Source: a virus
Lineage: Duplodnaviria; Caudoviricetes
DNA: 64,000 nucleotides
IMG/VR virus record: IMGVR_UViG_3300021399_000102
Span: 96,001 to 160,000 of that record
Reading direction: 5' to 3' (one strand)
Positions 9,534 through 18,645 of the stretch are shown one piece after another. A program made the translations under genes and the position numbers. A model generated the notes under the pieces. That model was not told where the DNA came from. It saw nothing but the letters and a program-made list of their open reading frames with translations, and did not search any database. Position 1 is the first letter of the stretch, and the number at the start of each line of letters is the position of its first letter.

Positions 9534-9563
9534 TTCTTGTGTTTCTCCTTGTTTGTTGGCAAA

Positions 9564-9785
9564 TCACCATCCATAGAAGCCATCGGGTGCTTCTTCAGTC
9601 CCAATGGTCAATGTCTCGTTCTTGAACATTCCGGTCTTCTTCCAGAAGTCGAGACGTGCCTTCGCGTCACGCTTTCGGGGATACCCCTCTCCTGCCCACG
9701 CAGAATGTGCGAACTCCCCATTAGGGTCGCTCGTCTCAATCACATACATGATGCTCTTCTTCGCCATTTTGCTTCCATTCGTCAT
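9564..9785 (-). CDS. Hypothetical protein
   Basis: ORF track. Confidence 0.5.
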   Translation of the reverse strand: MTNGSKMAKKSIMYVIETSDPNGEFAHSAWAGEGYPRKRDAKARLDFWKKTGMFKNETLTIGTEEAPDGFYGW

Positions 9786-10108
9786 ACGATTTCCACGAAC
9801 TTCTCAAGAATGTTCTCGTAGGTCTTCTTCGTCACCCAAAAGCCCTCGAAATCCACTCCATTGATTCCTCGCCCCTTGGCAATGGTAGTCTGAACGTGAT
9901 ACATCTCTGTCGGCGTCCCTGCCTTGTCATAGGACGAAGAGTTGTACTTGAACACCTGGTCTGTAATCGGCTTGTCTGACATGGAAACGATGGTTGTCGG
10001 GTCAATCAAGATGGATGATGGAACATCACCCTCGTTGAGCTTGAACCTATATTCACTGCCATCCCAAACCTGACGGTAGAACTCAATTCGTGTCAATTTC
10101 TTAATCAT
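9782..10108 (-). CDS. Hypothetical protein
   Basis: AAGGAG SD; first gene after the promoter. Confidence 0.6.
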   Translation of the reverse strand: MIKKLTRIEFYRQVWDGSEYRFKLNEGDVPSSILIDPTTIVSMSDKPITDQVFKYNSSSYDKAGTPTEMYHVQTTIAKGRGINGVDFEGFWVTKKTYENILEKFVEIV

Positions 10109-10138
10109 TGCTTCTCCTTGTCTTTCAACAACATCTAT

Positions 10139-10167
10139 ATTATCTCATATCTGCGTCTGAAAGTCAA
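10139..10167 (-). promoter_or_regulatory. Sigma-70-type early promoter
   Basis: TTGACT-N17-GATAAT with TG extension; near-identical element at 13059-13087. Confidence 0.7.
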
Positions 10168-10222
10168 GGGGGTTTCTAAAGAAACAACCTTGTTGTATCA
10201 AGGGGGTTTGGAAGAAAATCTG

Positions 10223-10450
10223 TCACTGTCCCAAACGCGCCATACGCGCTTTTGCCAAACGTTCAGCAGCAGCCTTGCGCTGCTCGTCTGTCATGTTGCG
10301 CGAACGGTTGGGGTTCTTGCCCAGACGATACTGCCAAAGAGGGCAGTCCTTCGCAGGGCATTCCTTGACCTCTCCACGGTCTCCACAACAACAATCCAGA
10401 CATTTTGCCTTGATTGCCTTGATTGGCGTGATGTTCAGTTCTTCGCTCAT
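10223..10450 (-). CDS. Small Cys-rich phage protein (KCLDC...C...CPLW.YR.GKNP)
   Basis: Recognisable phage motif. Confidence 0.7.
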   Translation of the reverse strand: MSEELNITPIKAIKAKCLDCCCGDRGEVKECPAKDCPLWQYRLGKNPNRSRNMTDEQRKAAAERLAKARMARLGQ

Positions 10451-10491
10451 TTCTATTGCCTTTCTTGTTGTATTATACCACTTTTAGGTCG

Positions 10492-10821
10492 TTATCGTAA
10501 ATCACATCGTCCCTTCAACATTTCGTCAAGCTGATTCCAGACTTCCCATTCATACTTCCCAGATTTGACTTGGATTGACAAGAGTTTGTTCAGATTGTGC
10601 AATTTGTTTATGTGGAGAATCCCATATGTCCACAAACCACCTTGATTCTGAACCCGGATGATGGGGTTGTCTTTCCTCTCGGTATCCTCCACGCAGAACT
10701 CAGAATCCTCAAACACGAACTTGAAGGTGCGTTTGAAGGATGCTTCGCCGCTATATGCCTTGACTATCCCATAGAGATATGGGATATGTCCGACGTTCCC
10801 CAATAATACAAGTTCCTCCAT
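10492..10821 (-). CDS. Hypothetical protein, short relative of the two upstream paralogs
   Basis: FKFVF...GLWTYGI...LLSIQVK similarity. Confidence 0.55.
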   Translation of the reverse strand: MEELVLLGNVGHIPYLYGIVKAYSGEASFKRTFKFVFEDSEFCVEDTERKDNPIIRVQNQGGLWTYGILHINKLHNLNKLLSIQVKSGKYEWEVWNQLDEMLKGRCDLR

Positions 10822-11693
10822 TATACGTTTCCCCTACAAGTTTCATCCAAGGAATTCCACACCACATCTGGAGTTTCATCCTCTATATCAACATGATTGG
10901 GGTCGAATATCATCAAGAGGTCGTCCAAGTAGAACACTTCCTTCTTCACCGTCTTGATTTTCACGTCCTTGTAGATTGACTTCACATATTGGGTCTTCAC
11001 GCCCGTTATGAACCGAGGAGGCAGACTCTCCCATTTTTCGTAACCTATGGGTGGAATGCTATATCTCAGCTTTTCTACTTGCATTGAGTGGAAGTTGTCA
11101 TCAAGATCCAGGGGAATTTGACCCATTGGCAATACATCAATCCATCTGTTCAAGCAACTCCTCAATTTGTTTGACTTGGAATTGACGAACCAATATAGTT
11201 TGCAATAGTCGTCCATTGTTCCAAAGTGTAGATTGAGCTTTGACATGTCCTTGGCTTCCACAGCTTTTTCCATGCCATCGCAATAGAAATTCAGCTTCTG
11301 ACCCAGTGTGTCGTCTGGTGCATCGTTGTATAGGGTTCCCGGCCATTCCCAATCTCTTGTGTATGGATTTTTCAACTTTTTGACGTACAACGACACAAGT
11401 TCCCTGCCAATCGTCTGCTCAACTTGACGAAATCCCACAATGCCATATCTCCAAGAGCCATCTTTCCTATATATCTTCGCCAACTTGCTGTATGAACCCT
11501 GTTCGATGTTAGGGTCTCCAACCACGAAGGAGCGGTTGTAGGTGCGTTCAACCAACGTCCCATTCACGTCAAACACAAACTTGTACTTCTTGTTCTCAGA
11601 AGTATGATAAAGGATGCTTTTGACAAGCTTGGACTCCATCTGCTCCTGAATGGAAAGCCGAGTGATGTACTTTATGTCGCTTTGGCTTCCCAT
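10821..11693 (-). CDS. Hypothetical protein, paralog A
   Basis: Shares DGSWxYG, YVKSIY and VWNSLDETCxGNV with 11698-12639. Confidence 0.65.
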   Translation of the reverse strand: MGSQSDIKYITRLSIQEQMESKLVKSILYHTSENKKYKFVFDVNGTLVERTYNRSFVVGDPNIEQGSYSKLAKIYRKDGSWRYGIVGFRQVEQTIGRELVSLYVKKLKNPYTRDWEWPGTLYNDAPDDTLGQKLNFYCDGMEKAVEAKDMSKLNLHFGTMDDYCKLYWFVNSKSNKLRSCLNRWIDVLPMGQIPLDLDDNFHSMQVEKLRYSIPPIGYEKWESLPPRFITGVKTQYVKSIYKDVKIKTVKKEVFYLDDLLMIFDPNHVDIEDETPDVVWNSLDETCRGNV

Positions 11694-11697
11694 CGTA

Positions 11698-12639
11698 TTA
11701 CACATTTCCTTTGCAGGTCTCGTCAAGTGAGTTCCAAACCTCGTTCTCAACCCACTCGTGGGTATCCCCATTCCATTTCCGGACGTTAAGCGCAAGCACG
11801 TCGGCCAACGGAATCACCTTGTACTGCTTGACGCTCTTGTAGTTGTTGCAGTAGATGGACTTGATGTAGGTGTAGCAAAAGACCTTCATTGCGTCCTTTT
11901 CAAGCATGTCAGAGAACGCGCCGAATTCCTCCTTGCAAACCTTGTCCTTCCATTCAGTTAGGACAGGATGCCACCAATCATGTCTATCGAACACAAGGTC
12001 AATGGGCATCTTGACCTTCTCCTTGCCAACGGAAACCTCTTTCCACCTTGCCTTGTTGGTCACGTACTCAGAGCAAAGGGTGTCCTGAACCTTCTGCCAA
12101 TCTGCCAAGGAAACCGTATTGGTCTCTATGGACTTGTCGTCGTTCCGAATCCCATCCCGGATTCGCTCGTTGTACATGGGGATGAGTTCCAGAATCCAAG
12201 CAGGAATCCTGCTGTCCTTATCCACGTCAAAGATGTCCTCAATCTCCCCTGTCTCCTCATTCACAACGCCAACCTTTGCGAACAACGACTGAAGCTTGCA
12301 ATTCTTCTGATAGATTCGCTCCTTGCGCTCCCACAACTTGAAGCCATATTCCCAAGAGCCATCTGACCAAATGAGCTTCACTGCGCAAAGAGTACGACCA
12401 TCCGAGAATGCATCCACGAAATCGTCCTTTCGGCAGACAATCTCCTCAATCTCCATCGTCTTGATGTCTCCATTTGGCGTTGTGACGATCATCCGCATAT
12501 CGTGGTCGTGTCCCTTGATGGGAGAATGCTCCTTGAATCTCTCAATCATGCTCTGAAACACGCCAAGGGTCTTGAATTCCTCCTCAGGAATAAGCTCAAC
12601 CCTCTTGATGTACCTCGTTCCTCTCTTTGACTTCTTCAC
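11698..12639 (-). CDS. Hypothetical protein, paralog B
   Basis: Same shared motifs; GTG start. Confidence 0.65.
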   Translation of the reverse strand: MKKSKRGTRYIKRVELIPEEEFKTLGVFQSMIERFKEHSPIKGHDHDMRMIVTTPNGDIKTMEIEEIVCRKDDFVDAFSDGRTLCAVKLIWSDGSWEYGFKLWERKERIYQKNCKLQSLFAKVGVVNEETGEIEDIFDVDKDSRIPAWILELIPMYNERIRDGIRNDDKSIETNTVSLADWQKVQDTLCSEYVTNKARWKEVSVGKEKVKMPIDLVFDRHDWWHPVLTEWKDKVCKEEFGAFSDMLEKDAMKVFCYTYIKSIYCNNYKSVKQYKVIPLADVLALNVRKWNGDTHEWVENEVWNSLDETCKGNV

Positions 12640-13049
12640 TAGTACAACTCCTCTCCAATCCGATTTTCGTCAAACCCACTCAACTTCCTTTTGCCATACT
12701 CAATGCAACGTAGAATATCCTCGTTGATGAGCTTCGTTCCCTTGAACGTGGAAACCAACAACCGAATCTCCTTTATGTTCATCTTGCTGGGGGAATATTC
12801 CTTTCCGGTCTCTATGAAATATCTCCCTTGCGCCTGATGGAACTGACCATAGTCCATCCGAATGATTTTCCTCTTCGCCAAGGCAGGGACGTGATAGGTC
12901 AATACAACGGAATAGATGTTCCTGTACCCCTTGTCGTGGAATTTCTTGATTCGGCAAGCAGAGTCGTCGTAATATACTATTCCCCTATGTGGTTCTACGA
13001 CAACACTCTTGCCAATTGGCGCAATCTTGCTTTGATTCTTCTTTCGCAT
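12636..13049 (-). CDS. Hypothetical basic protein ending TAG-TGA
   Basis: With TAG as Gln the TGA gives a 4-nt GTGA overlap with the next gene. Confidence 0.6.
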
Positions 13050-13058
13050 GACACCAAT

Positions 13059-13087
13059 ATTATCTCATATTCGCGTCAGAAAGTCAA
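13059..13087 (-). promoter_or_regulatory. Sigma-70-type early promoter
   Basis: TTGACT-ttctgacgcgaatatga-GATAAT. Confidence 0.7.
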
Positions 13088-13157
13088 TAACCCCGTTTGG
13101 GATTTATGTCAGATTTATTTCTTACCAAAAGTGGTCAGATTTAGGAGATTTGGTCAA

Positions 13158-13553
13158 TTATAGTTGGAATTCCGAAACCTTGGCGTCAGTGTTGGTGGAA
13201 AGCCAATCGGCAATCAAGTGCCTATGGCAAAAGTCCCCAATCTTCTCGTAGCAAAGCATTACGGCATTGTCTCCAAGTTTCTCCAACACATTGTGAGGAT
13301 TCAATTTTGACAATACGGTTTCAAGGTATATGTTCTTGTACCATTCCATAGATTCCGGAGAACTTGGATTGTCCTTGAACTTGTCGTGCCATATTCTCCA
13401 CCAGCATCTCTTTGGGGCAAGTTCTGGCATGAACCTTGCATTGGGTGTGTCATAGAAGAACTTTGGCGCATAGCCAGAAACGCACACCAGGTTGTTCAAT
13501 CCACACTCTTGGAGTTTCTTTACTCTTGCGAAATAGGATGTGTAGATGGTCAT
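13158..13553 (-). CDS. DUF488-like protein
   Basis: IYTSYFA, LAP, LCYEKxGDFCHRHLIADWL motifs. Confidence 0.8.
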   Translation of the reverse strand: MTIYTSYFARVKKLQECGLNNLVCVSGYAPKFFYDTPNARFMPELAPKRCWWRIWHDKFKDNPSSPESMEWYKNIYLETVLSKLNPHNVLEKLGDNAVMLCYEKIGDFCHRHLIADWLSTNTDAKVSEFQL

Positions 13554-14002
13554 GCCAGCATTTCCTTGAGCAGATTGGAGCAGAGTTTCTTGTCGCAATT
13601 TGATGGCAGAGACTTCATCATCAATCCAAAGTCCTTCTTCGTCAGACTTCTGCCAAGCTCCTTCTTCTTGTTCGCAATTATTTCCTTGATGATGCCCTCA
13701 AGCATGTCGTCTGGTATCGTAGGTGGAATAAACAAGGACAGGTCAGCAAGTTCATCCTTCGCTTTCTCCTCCAAGTCGGGTCTGTTGGCTGCCTTTGCCG
13801 AGGCTATGGTGTCCTCCAATTGCTTCACTGCCCTCTTTACGCAACCTATGACAACATCCTCAGTGATTTCCTTGCCCTCGTTCACAGTCTTGTTCTTGAT
13901 GTCAGAAACGACCATGCGAAGGGTGTCCCTCGTGGATGCGTTTCCTGACTTCATCGCGTTCTTGATTGTCTCTTGGATTCTCTCGTATGTCTCGCTTGCC
14001 AT
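13550..14002 (-). CDS. GatB/YqeY domain protein
   Basis: IKNAMKSG...LRMVVSDIKN...AVKQLEDTI...FGLMMK pattern. Confidence 0.8.
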   Translation of the reverse strand: MASETYERIQETIKNAMKSGNASTRDTLRMVVSDIKNKTVNEGKEITEDVVIGCVKRAVKQLEDTIASAKAANRPDLEEKAKDELADLSLFIPPTIPDDMLEGIIKEIIANKKKELGRSLTKKDFGLMMKSLPSNCDKKLCSNLLKEMLA

Positions 14003-14020
14003 TGTTGAATTCCTTTCTCT

Positions 14021-14323
14021 TCATCTGATGATTGGCATATTTGGTGATGGTTCCGAAAGAGGTTTGGTTTCTTTTGGATATTTCCTCGCCAGTTCTTTTG
14101 CTGTGAGCATTTCGTCGGCGTTGTGATATCCCTCTGATGCGTACATTATCTTGCAAAGGTTTGACAGCAACTCATCTGATGGATAGCCACCTGGACAGTC
14201 ACCCTCGCATTGGGCTGCAGAATGCAATTCCCTGTCAATCTTGCGCAACGTCCAAGCCATATCCAACGCCTTGTCTCGCAGGCTTTCGTAGTTCAATGTT
14301 TCTTCAGAAGTCATATGATACAT
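14021..14323 (-). CDS. Hypothetical protein
   Basis: ORF track. Confidence 0.5.
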   Translation of the reverse strand: MYHMTSEETLNYESLRDKALDMAWTLRKIDRELHSAAQCEGDCPGGYPSDELLSNLCKIMYASEGYHNADEMLTAKELARKYPKETKPLSEPSPNMPIIR

Positions 14324-14485
14324 TATACCACTTTTGGCTTCAAGTGTTTAACCTTAATCTCGAATATCCTTGGTCTGGTGTTCTTGTCTGGGAATTCTGA
14401 ATGGAATGACAATCTGGCGTCGTCGAACTTCTCAACGTCATATTCCCGACAGTCTTCTTCATTGAAATCTGTCATAAAGTAGAAT

Positions 14486-15109
14486 TCAACATGTTCCATT
14501 TCTTTTCAGAAGCAACAACGATACTCCAATCAAGAACAAAAGCGAAGATGAAGGTTCGGGGACAAAAGGTGGATTATATGTGTAGAAATCAGTTGGAGTC
14601 CATTGCCCATCAGCTGGCGGCCAAACACCACCTTCCCATATGTAATGTTCTCTTAAATAATTTATTGTTGCTGTATTGGATTCAGCTATTGTCTCATCCC
14701 ATATAAACAGATCCAATGCTTCGCTATATGATAAACTTCCAAGTTGTATTTGAAACAGTGCTTCCGAAAACATTTCTGAACTTATATTTACTGGTGATTG
14801 CGATGCCCAGTTTCCAGTGCTTATACCCCTTCCATCACCTGATTCATCAAAAGAGGAATAATCCCAATATTGACCATTGTTATAAATCGGAAGGACGGTG
14901 CTTGTTCCATCATTGAATGTCACCTTTACCCTAGCACCAACGTCATAACCACTATAACCATCTTCTTCCCACGCATAAGGCTCAATAAACGAAACCAAAC
15001 TCATACCATCAACGGTCGCCGTTTCATTTACTAGCCACCACAACATATCCCCCCATCCAGTGAATGGGAGTAGCATCAATAGCAGTCCATATGTCAGTTT
15101 CTTCAACAT
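14486..15109 (-). CDS. PEP-CTERM sorting-signal protein
   Basis: Signal peptide plus C-terminal VPEPSSSLLFLIGVSLLLLKR. Confidence 0.85.
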   Translation of the reverse strand: MLKKLTYGLLLMLLPFTGWGDMLWWLVNETATVDGMSLVSFIEPYAWEEDGYSGYDVGARVKVTFNDGTSTVLPIYNNGQYWDYSSFDESGDGRGISTGNWASQSPVNISSEMFSEALFQIQLGSLSYSEALDLFIWDETIAESNTATINYLREHYIWEGGVWPPADGQWTPTDFYTYNPPFVPEPSSSLLFLIGVSLLLLKRNGTC

Positions 15110-15217
15110 CTCTTCTTTCTACAAAAGCATATTTACATAATTGTACACCAAACGGCAAACAAAAATTATATGGACTGATAATCTCCAGCCCAAAGCTACA
15201 TTCAATTCAATGTTATG

Positions 15218-15817
15218 TCAAAGGCTCTGCAAACGATATGGCTGTGGCTCAACCCAATCTGGATTTACCTTGCTCCCTCTCTTCGTTGGGATCTTATCCT
15301 TTGCAGGAACACGAAGCACCCCAATGTCAGATTGCATGTTGTCGGTGGTGGTTCTGTCCACCCGATATACCGAGTTGGTGGATAGCGTCTGAAGTTCCGA
15401 CATCATCCCCTCCACCCCAGAAGAGGCGTTTGGCATAATGTGATTCACTGCATTTCTGCGCTTCACATCCAAAACCACAAGAACATCGTCCTTCATGTCG
15501 ATTGGAACAGCATCCATAGCCACCATCTCAACAAACCTCTTGACATCTGGATTGGAGAACTCAACCAAGTCCAAAATGGTGTCCGACATCCTGGAAATCA
15601 ATCTCGCCCGTGGATTTGGAAACAGTGATATGGATTTCACCACATCCCTTGCGAACAACGCCTGCTTGGCAGAATTCAATTTCCCCATCTCGGATTTCAA
15701 TGTTTCACTTGAACCAAATGCGCATCTCGTCACTCGGTCGTTCCAATCATATGTTGGAGGTTCCGCAGACAACGAAACCACAAGCATAGCCATAGATATC
15801 ACAGCCAGTATTTTCAT
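15218..15817 (-). CDS. Secreted hypothetical protein
   Basis: MKILAVISMAMLVVSLSA signal peptide; AAGGAA SD. Confidence 0.65.
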   Translation of the reverse strand: MKILAVISMAMLVVSLSAEPPTYDWNDRVTRCAFGSSETLKSEMGKLNSAKQALFARDVVKSISLFPNPRARLISRMSDTILDLVEFSNPDVKRFVEMVAMDAVPIDMKDDVLVVLDVKRRNAVNHIMPNASSGVEGMMSELQTLSTNSVYRVDRTTTDNMQSDIGVLRVPAKDKIPTKRGSKVNPDWVEPQPYRLQSL

Positions 15818-15873
15818 CTTGTTTCCTTTCAAAAGAAATTGAACCACAAACGCAAAGAACCGTAAAGTTGGCA

Positions 15874-16452
15874 TCACTTGTCAAATGCCCCGTAGAGCTT
15901 GAACTTCTTTGAGATAAGATGGGCTTGTTCGTCAGGAAGTGGCTTGAACCACGCCCCAACTGTGCATGTACCATCTGGATTCTCTGGCGTCAGATCGGTA
16001 AGGCACTTGTCGTTGATGTAGCCCCAATCAACCCCCTCAACAAGCCCAAGTTCCTGCACCACTGGCTCAATCTTCGTCTTCAACTGATTGAGATTCTTGC
16101 ATTCGCATATTGTCTTCGTGAAGATGTCGTTGATGTAGCCATTCCATATGTCCTTTGGGATTTCAACAGTAATGCTCACCGACTTCTTTGGAAATTGTGT
16201 CTTTACCTTGAAATATTTTTCCCCAGCCTTGAATGCTTCCTCTGCTTTCTTGCAGACTTCCGGATGCTTGTAGACAGCATACTGACCTGGACGCCACGGA
16301 TCTTCTGCCATCAAGGTGTCAAACTCGTTGTCAACGCAAGGAAACGACTTCAGCATGTTGGTGAAGTATGCTTCTGCACAGTGTCCAATCATGGCAGCAA
16401 GCTTCCCTGGCTTCAGATTCAGGTCTTTCCTGATTATGAACACTCTTCTCAT
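15874..16452 (-). CDS. Peptidyl-tRNA hydrolase, PTH2 family
   Basis: IIRKDLNLKPGKLAAMIGH, FTKTI, INDKCLTDL, TCTVG motifs. Confidence 0.8.
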   Translation of the reverse strand: MRRVFIIRKDLNLKPGKLAAMIGHCAEAYFTNMLKSFPCVDNEFDTLMAEDPWRPGQYAVYKHPEVCKKAEEAFKAGEKYFKVKTQFPKKSVSITVEIPKDIWNGYINDIFTKTICECKNLNQLKTKIEPVVQELGLVEGVDWGYINDKCLTDLTPENPDGTCTVGAWFKPLPDEQAHLISKKFKLYGAFDK

Positions 16453-16453
16453 T

Positions 16454-16735
16454 TCACAATTCCTCGTTCGTAACGTCCGTGTATTGTCCTCTTGCGCAAG
16501 CCAAGTCCATCATCAGAACATCATGCGCCATCTTCTCGGCTTCTTCGTTTGGATCTTCAACTTTCCTATTTCCCAACATAACGTCCATGGGCGTGGAGAC
16601 ATGAAATCCAATCAATCCCCTGTTCGCCTTTTTCCACTCAATCACCTTGTCCAAAGCATCTACGCAACTCCTTGATTCAGATATCGCCGACTCAATGGCC
16701 TTCACCAACTCTAAATCCACTTTACCTTCCATCAT
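16454..16735 (-). CDS. Hypothetical protein (duplicate of 16996-17280)
   Basis: Shared AISES..ALDKVI.W.K.NR.LIG.H..TP.DVM.G.RKVEDP. Confidence 0.7.
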   Translation of the reverse strand: MMEGKVDLELVKAIESAISESRSCVDALDKVIEWKKANRGLIGFHVSTPMDVMLGNRKVEDPNEEAEKMAHDVLMMDLACARGQYTDVTNEEL

Positions 16736-16745
16736 ATTCTCTCCT

Positions 16746-16994
16746 TCACAAATCCTCGAATTGCTCTATGGGTTCTGAACCACCGATTTCAAGCATCCTT
16801 CTCACGTATTGCCTATATTCCTCTAAATCAAGTTGACGAATGAACTTCTCGCAACTGGGGTATTTCCTCAATTGACGTTCATATTCATAACGTCTCTCAA
16901 AGTATTTCATCTTGGCAGCTTCTGCTGGGTTCTCGCGCTCCCATTCATCTTCCAATCTGCTGCCAAACAATCCCCACCAGAACAAGCCAAACAT
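16746..16994 (-). CDS. Hypothetical protein
   Basis: ORF track. Confidence 0.5.
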   Translation of the reverse strand: MFGLFWWGLFGSRLEDEWERENPAEAAKMKYFERRYEYERQLRKYPSCEKFIRQLDLEEYRQYVRRMLEIGGSEPIEQFEDL

Positions 16995-16995
16995 A

Positions 16996-17280
16996 TCACA
17001 TTCCCTCCAATTCCTCAGGAGTGACTTCCATCAACTGTCCCCTTGCAGATTCAAGCAATATCGCCAAGGTGTCTTTGGCAATCTTGTTGGCTTCATTCCA
17101 TGGGTCTTCAACTTTCCTTTGACCACACATGACATCAAGAGGTGTGCCAATATGTATGCCAATCAAGTTCCTGTTCTTCTTCTGCCATTTAATAACCTTG
17201 TCCAATGCCTCGCAATAGTCAACGGACTCTGATATTGCGTTCTCTATGAAGGTCGCAAGTTCCTCGTCAATTTCGTTCAT
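16996..17280 (-). CDS. Hypothetical protein (duplicate of 16454-16735)
   Basis: Same shared motif. Confidence 0.7.
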   Translation of the reverse strand: MNEIDEELATFIENAISESVDYCEALDKVIKWQKKNRNLIGIHIGTPLDVMCGQRKVEDPWNEANKIAKDTLAILLESARGQLMEVTPEELEGM

Positions 17281-17528
17281 TGTTGTTTCTCCATTTCGTC
17301 AAGATTCATTGGCGACATTGAATTGATGCGTCCATAGCATCCCCATCTTGGACTGCCGCAACTTGGGTTCTCCACGACTATGCGAGATATTCCCGAGTTC
17401 TTGTTCTCCAATATGCCCTTGATGCAATCCAATGCGGAATGGATGTTGTCAGTCTCATAGGTGTTCGATGGGAAACCCTCAATGCCAGTTGGCTCAAAGC
17501 AATGTATGCGTATCTTGTTGTTGTCCAT
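17277..17528 (-). CDS. Hypothetical protein
   Basis: ORF track. Confidence 0.5.
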   Translation of the reverse strand: MDNNKIRIHCFEPTGIEGFPSNTYETDNIHSALDCIKGILENKNSGISRIVVENPSCGSPRWGCYGRINSMSPMNLDEMEKQQ

Positions 17529-17549
17529 GATAAGAATTATACGAGAAGA

Positions 17550-18536
17550 TCACAAGTCGTCCTTGCCAATGCAGAGGTTGTCGTCAAATGCGCATTTACC
17601 CTCGATGAAATCCTGATATTGCTTGTGGATGAAATATATCTTCTTCTCAGGATGTTGTTCGACAACCAATCGCATCTTCTCTCTATCTGAATCTGGATAT
17701 CCACCCTTTACTTCAACATAGATGTCTCTGTCGGGGATATATAGGTCAGGAATATAGTTATGCCAATAGTCCTTGAAATACTTGATTGGAGCAGCTTTCA
17801 CCCACAATATGCCGAGCGCGTTCAATCTCAATGCCACATTCTCCTCCCAATGCCCACGCACAGAGAATTCCTTGCCCTCCAAGTTCTTTACCTTGTACCA
17901 CTTTACCTTCACATGTTCTTTATTGAGATACTGGTTCATGACTTGTTCGGCACGTTTGGCAGAGATTTTTTGGCGGGTTTCAAGGGTGTGTCTATGCTGT
18001 ACTGCGGACTTTGATATCTCTCCATTCTTGTACCTTTCAGAATATGTTCTTCCACCTTTTTTATATGCTTCATCATGCTGACTTTTTAGCGGATGTTTAT
18101 CGCAATGTGCAAGATGACCACCTAATTTTCCTGGACTTGATAACAATTCCTCACAATACGGACATCTCCACAAAGTTTCTCCATTTATTATGACTTTTTT
18201 GGCATGTTCGGCATTGTGTTCATCTTCAATATGTTTCTTTAATTCTTTTCTTGTCAATAGAACTTTACCGCACACTTTACAGGTCCAAGTGCCATACGGC
18301 GATTGCTTTGCAACTTTTCCTTCGGCTCTCAATTTGTCGAGATGTGCCTTTACCTTTGGGCTGTTGTGTTCAATCTCTTTGTTTATAGAACCAACATATG
18401 CTTCTTTACATTCCTTGGAGCAGAATCTTCCTGATCCATATGTGTGGTCATGTGGTTCTCCACAATTTTCACAAGGCTTGTCTTTGTTTGCAAGGCGTTT
18501 CTATGCCATTGCTTTACGATAGCGTTCTTTATTCAT
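17550..18536 (-). mobile_element. Putative free-standing homing endonuclease (Zn fingers plus PD-(D/E)xK domain), 328 aa with TAG read as Gln at codon 12
   Basis: CENCGEPHDHTYGSGRFCSKEC, two C2H2-like fingers, GHWEE...YIPDLY...YVEVKG. Confidence 0.7.
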
Positions 18537-18608
18537 ATTATTTTTACCTTTTTGTTGTTGAAGTCATTCGCGTGACTCCAAATGTATTTACTAATAATTA
18601 TACAAGAA

Positions 18609-18638
18609 ATCTACACTAGGCGCGAACCTAGTGTAGAT
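18609..18638. promoter_or_regulatory. Perfect 12-bp hairpin directly downstream of the tRNA
   Basis: ATCTACACTAGG-cgcgaa-CCTAGTGTAGAT; terminator or processing signal. Confidence 0.6.
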
Positions 18639-18645
18639 ATAACTG

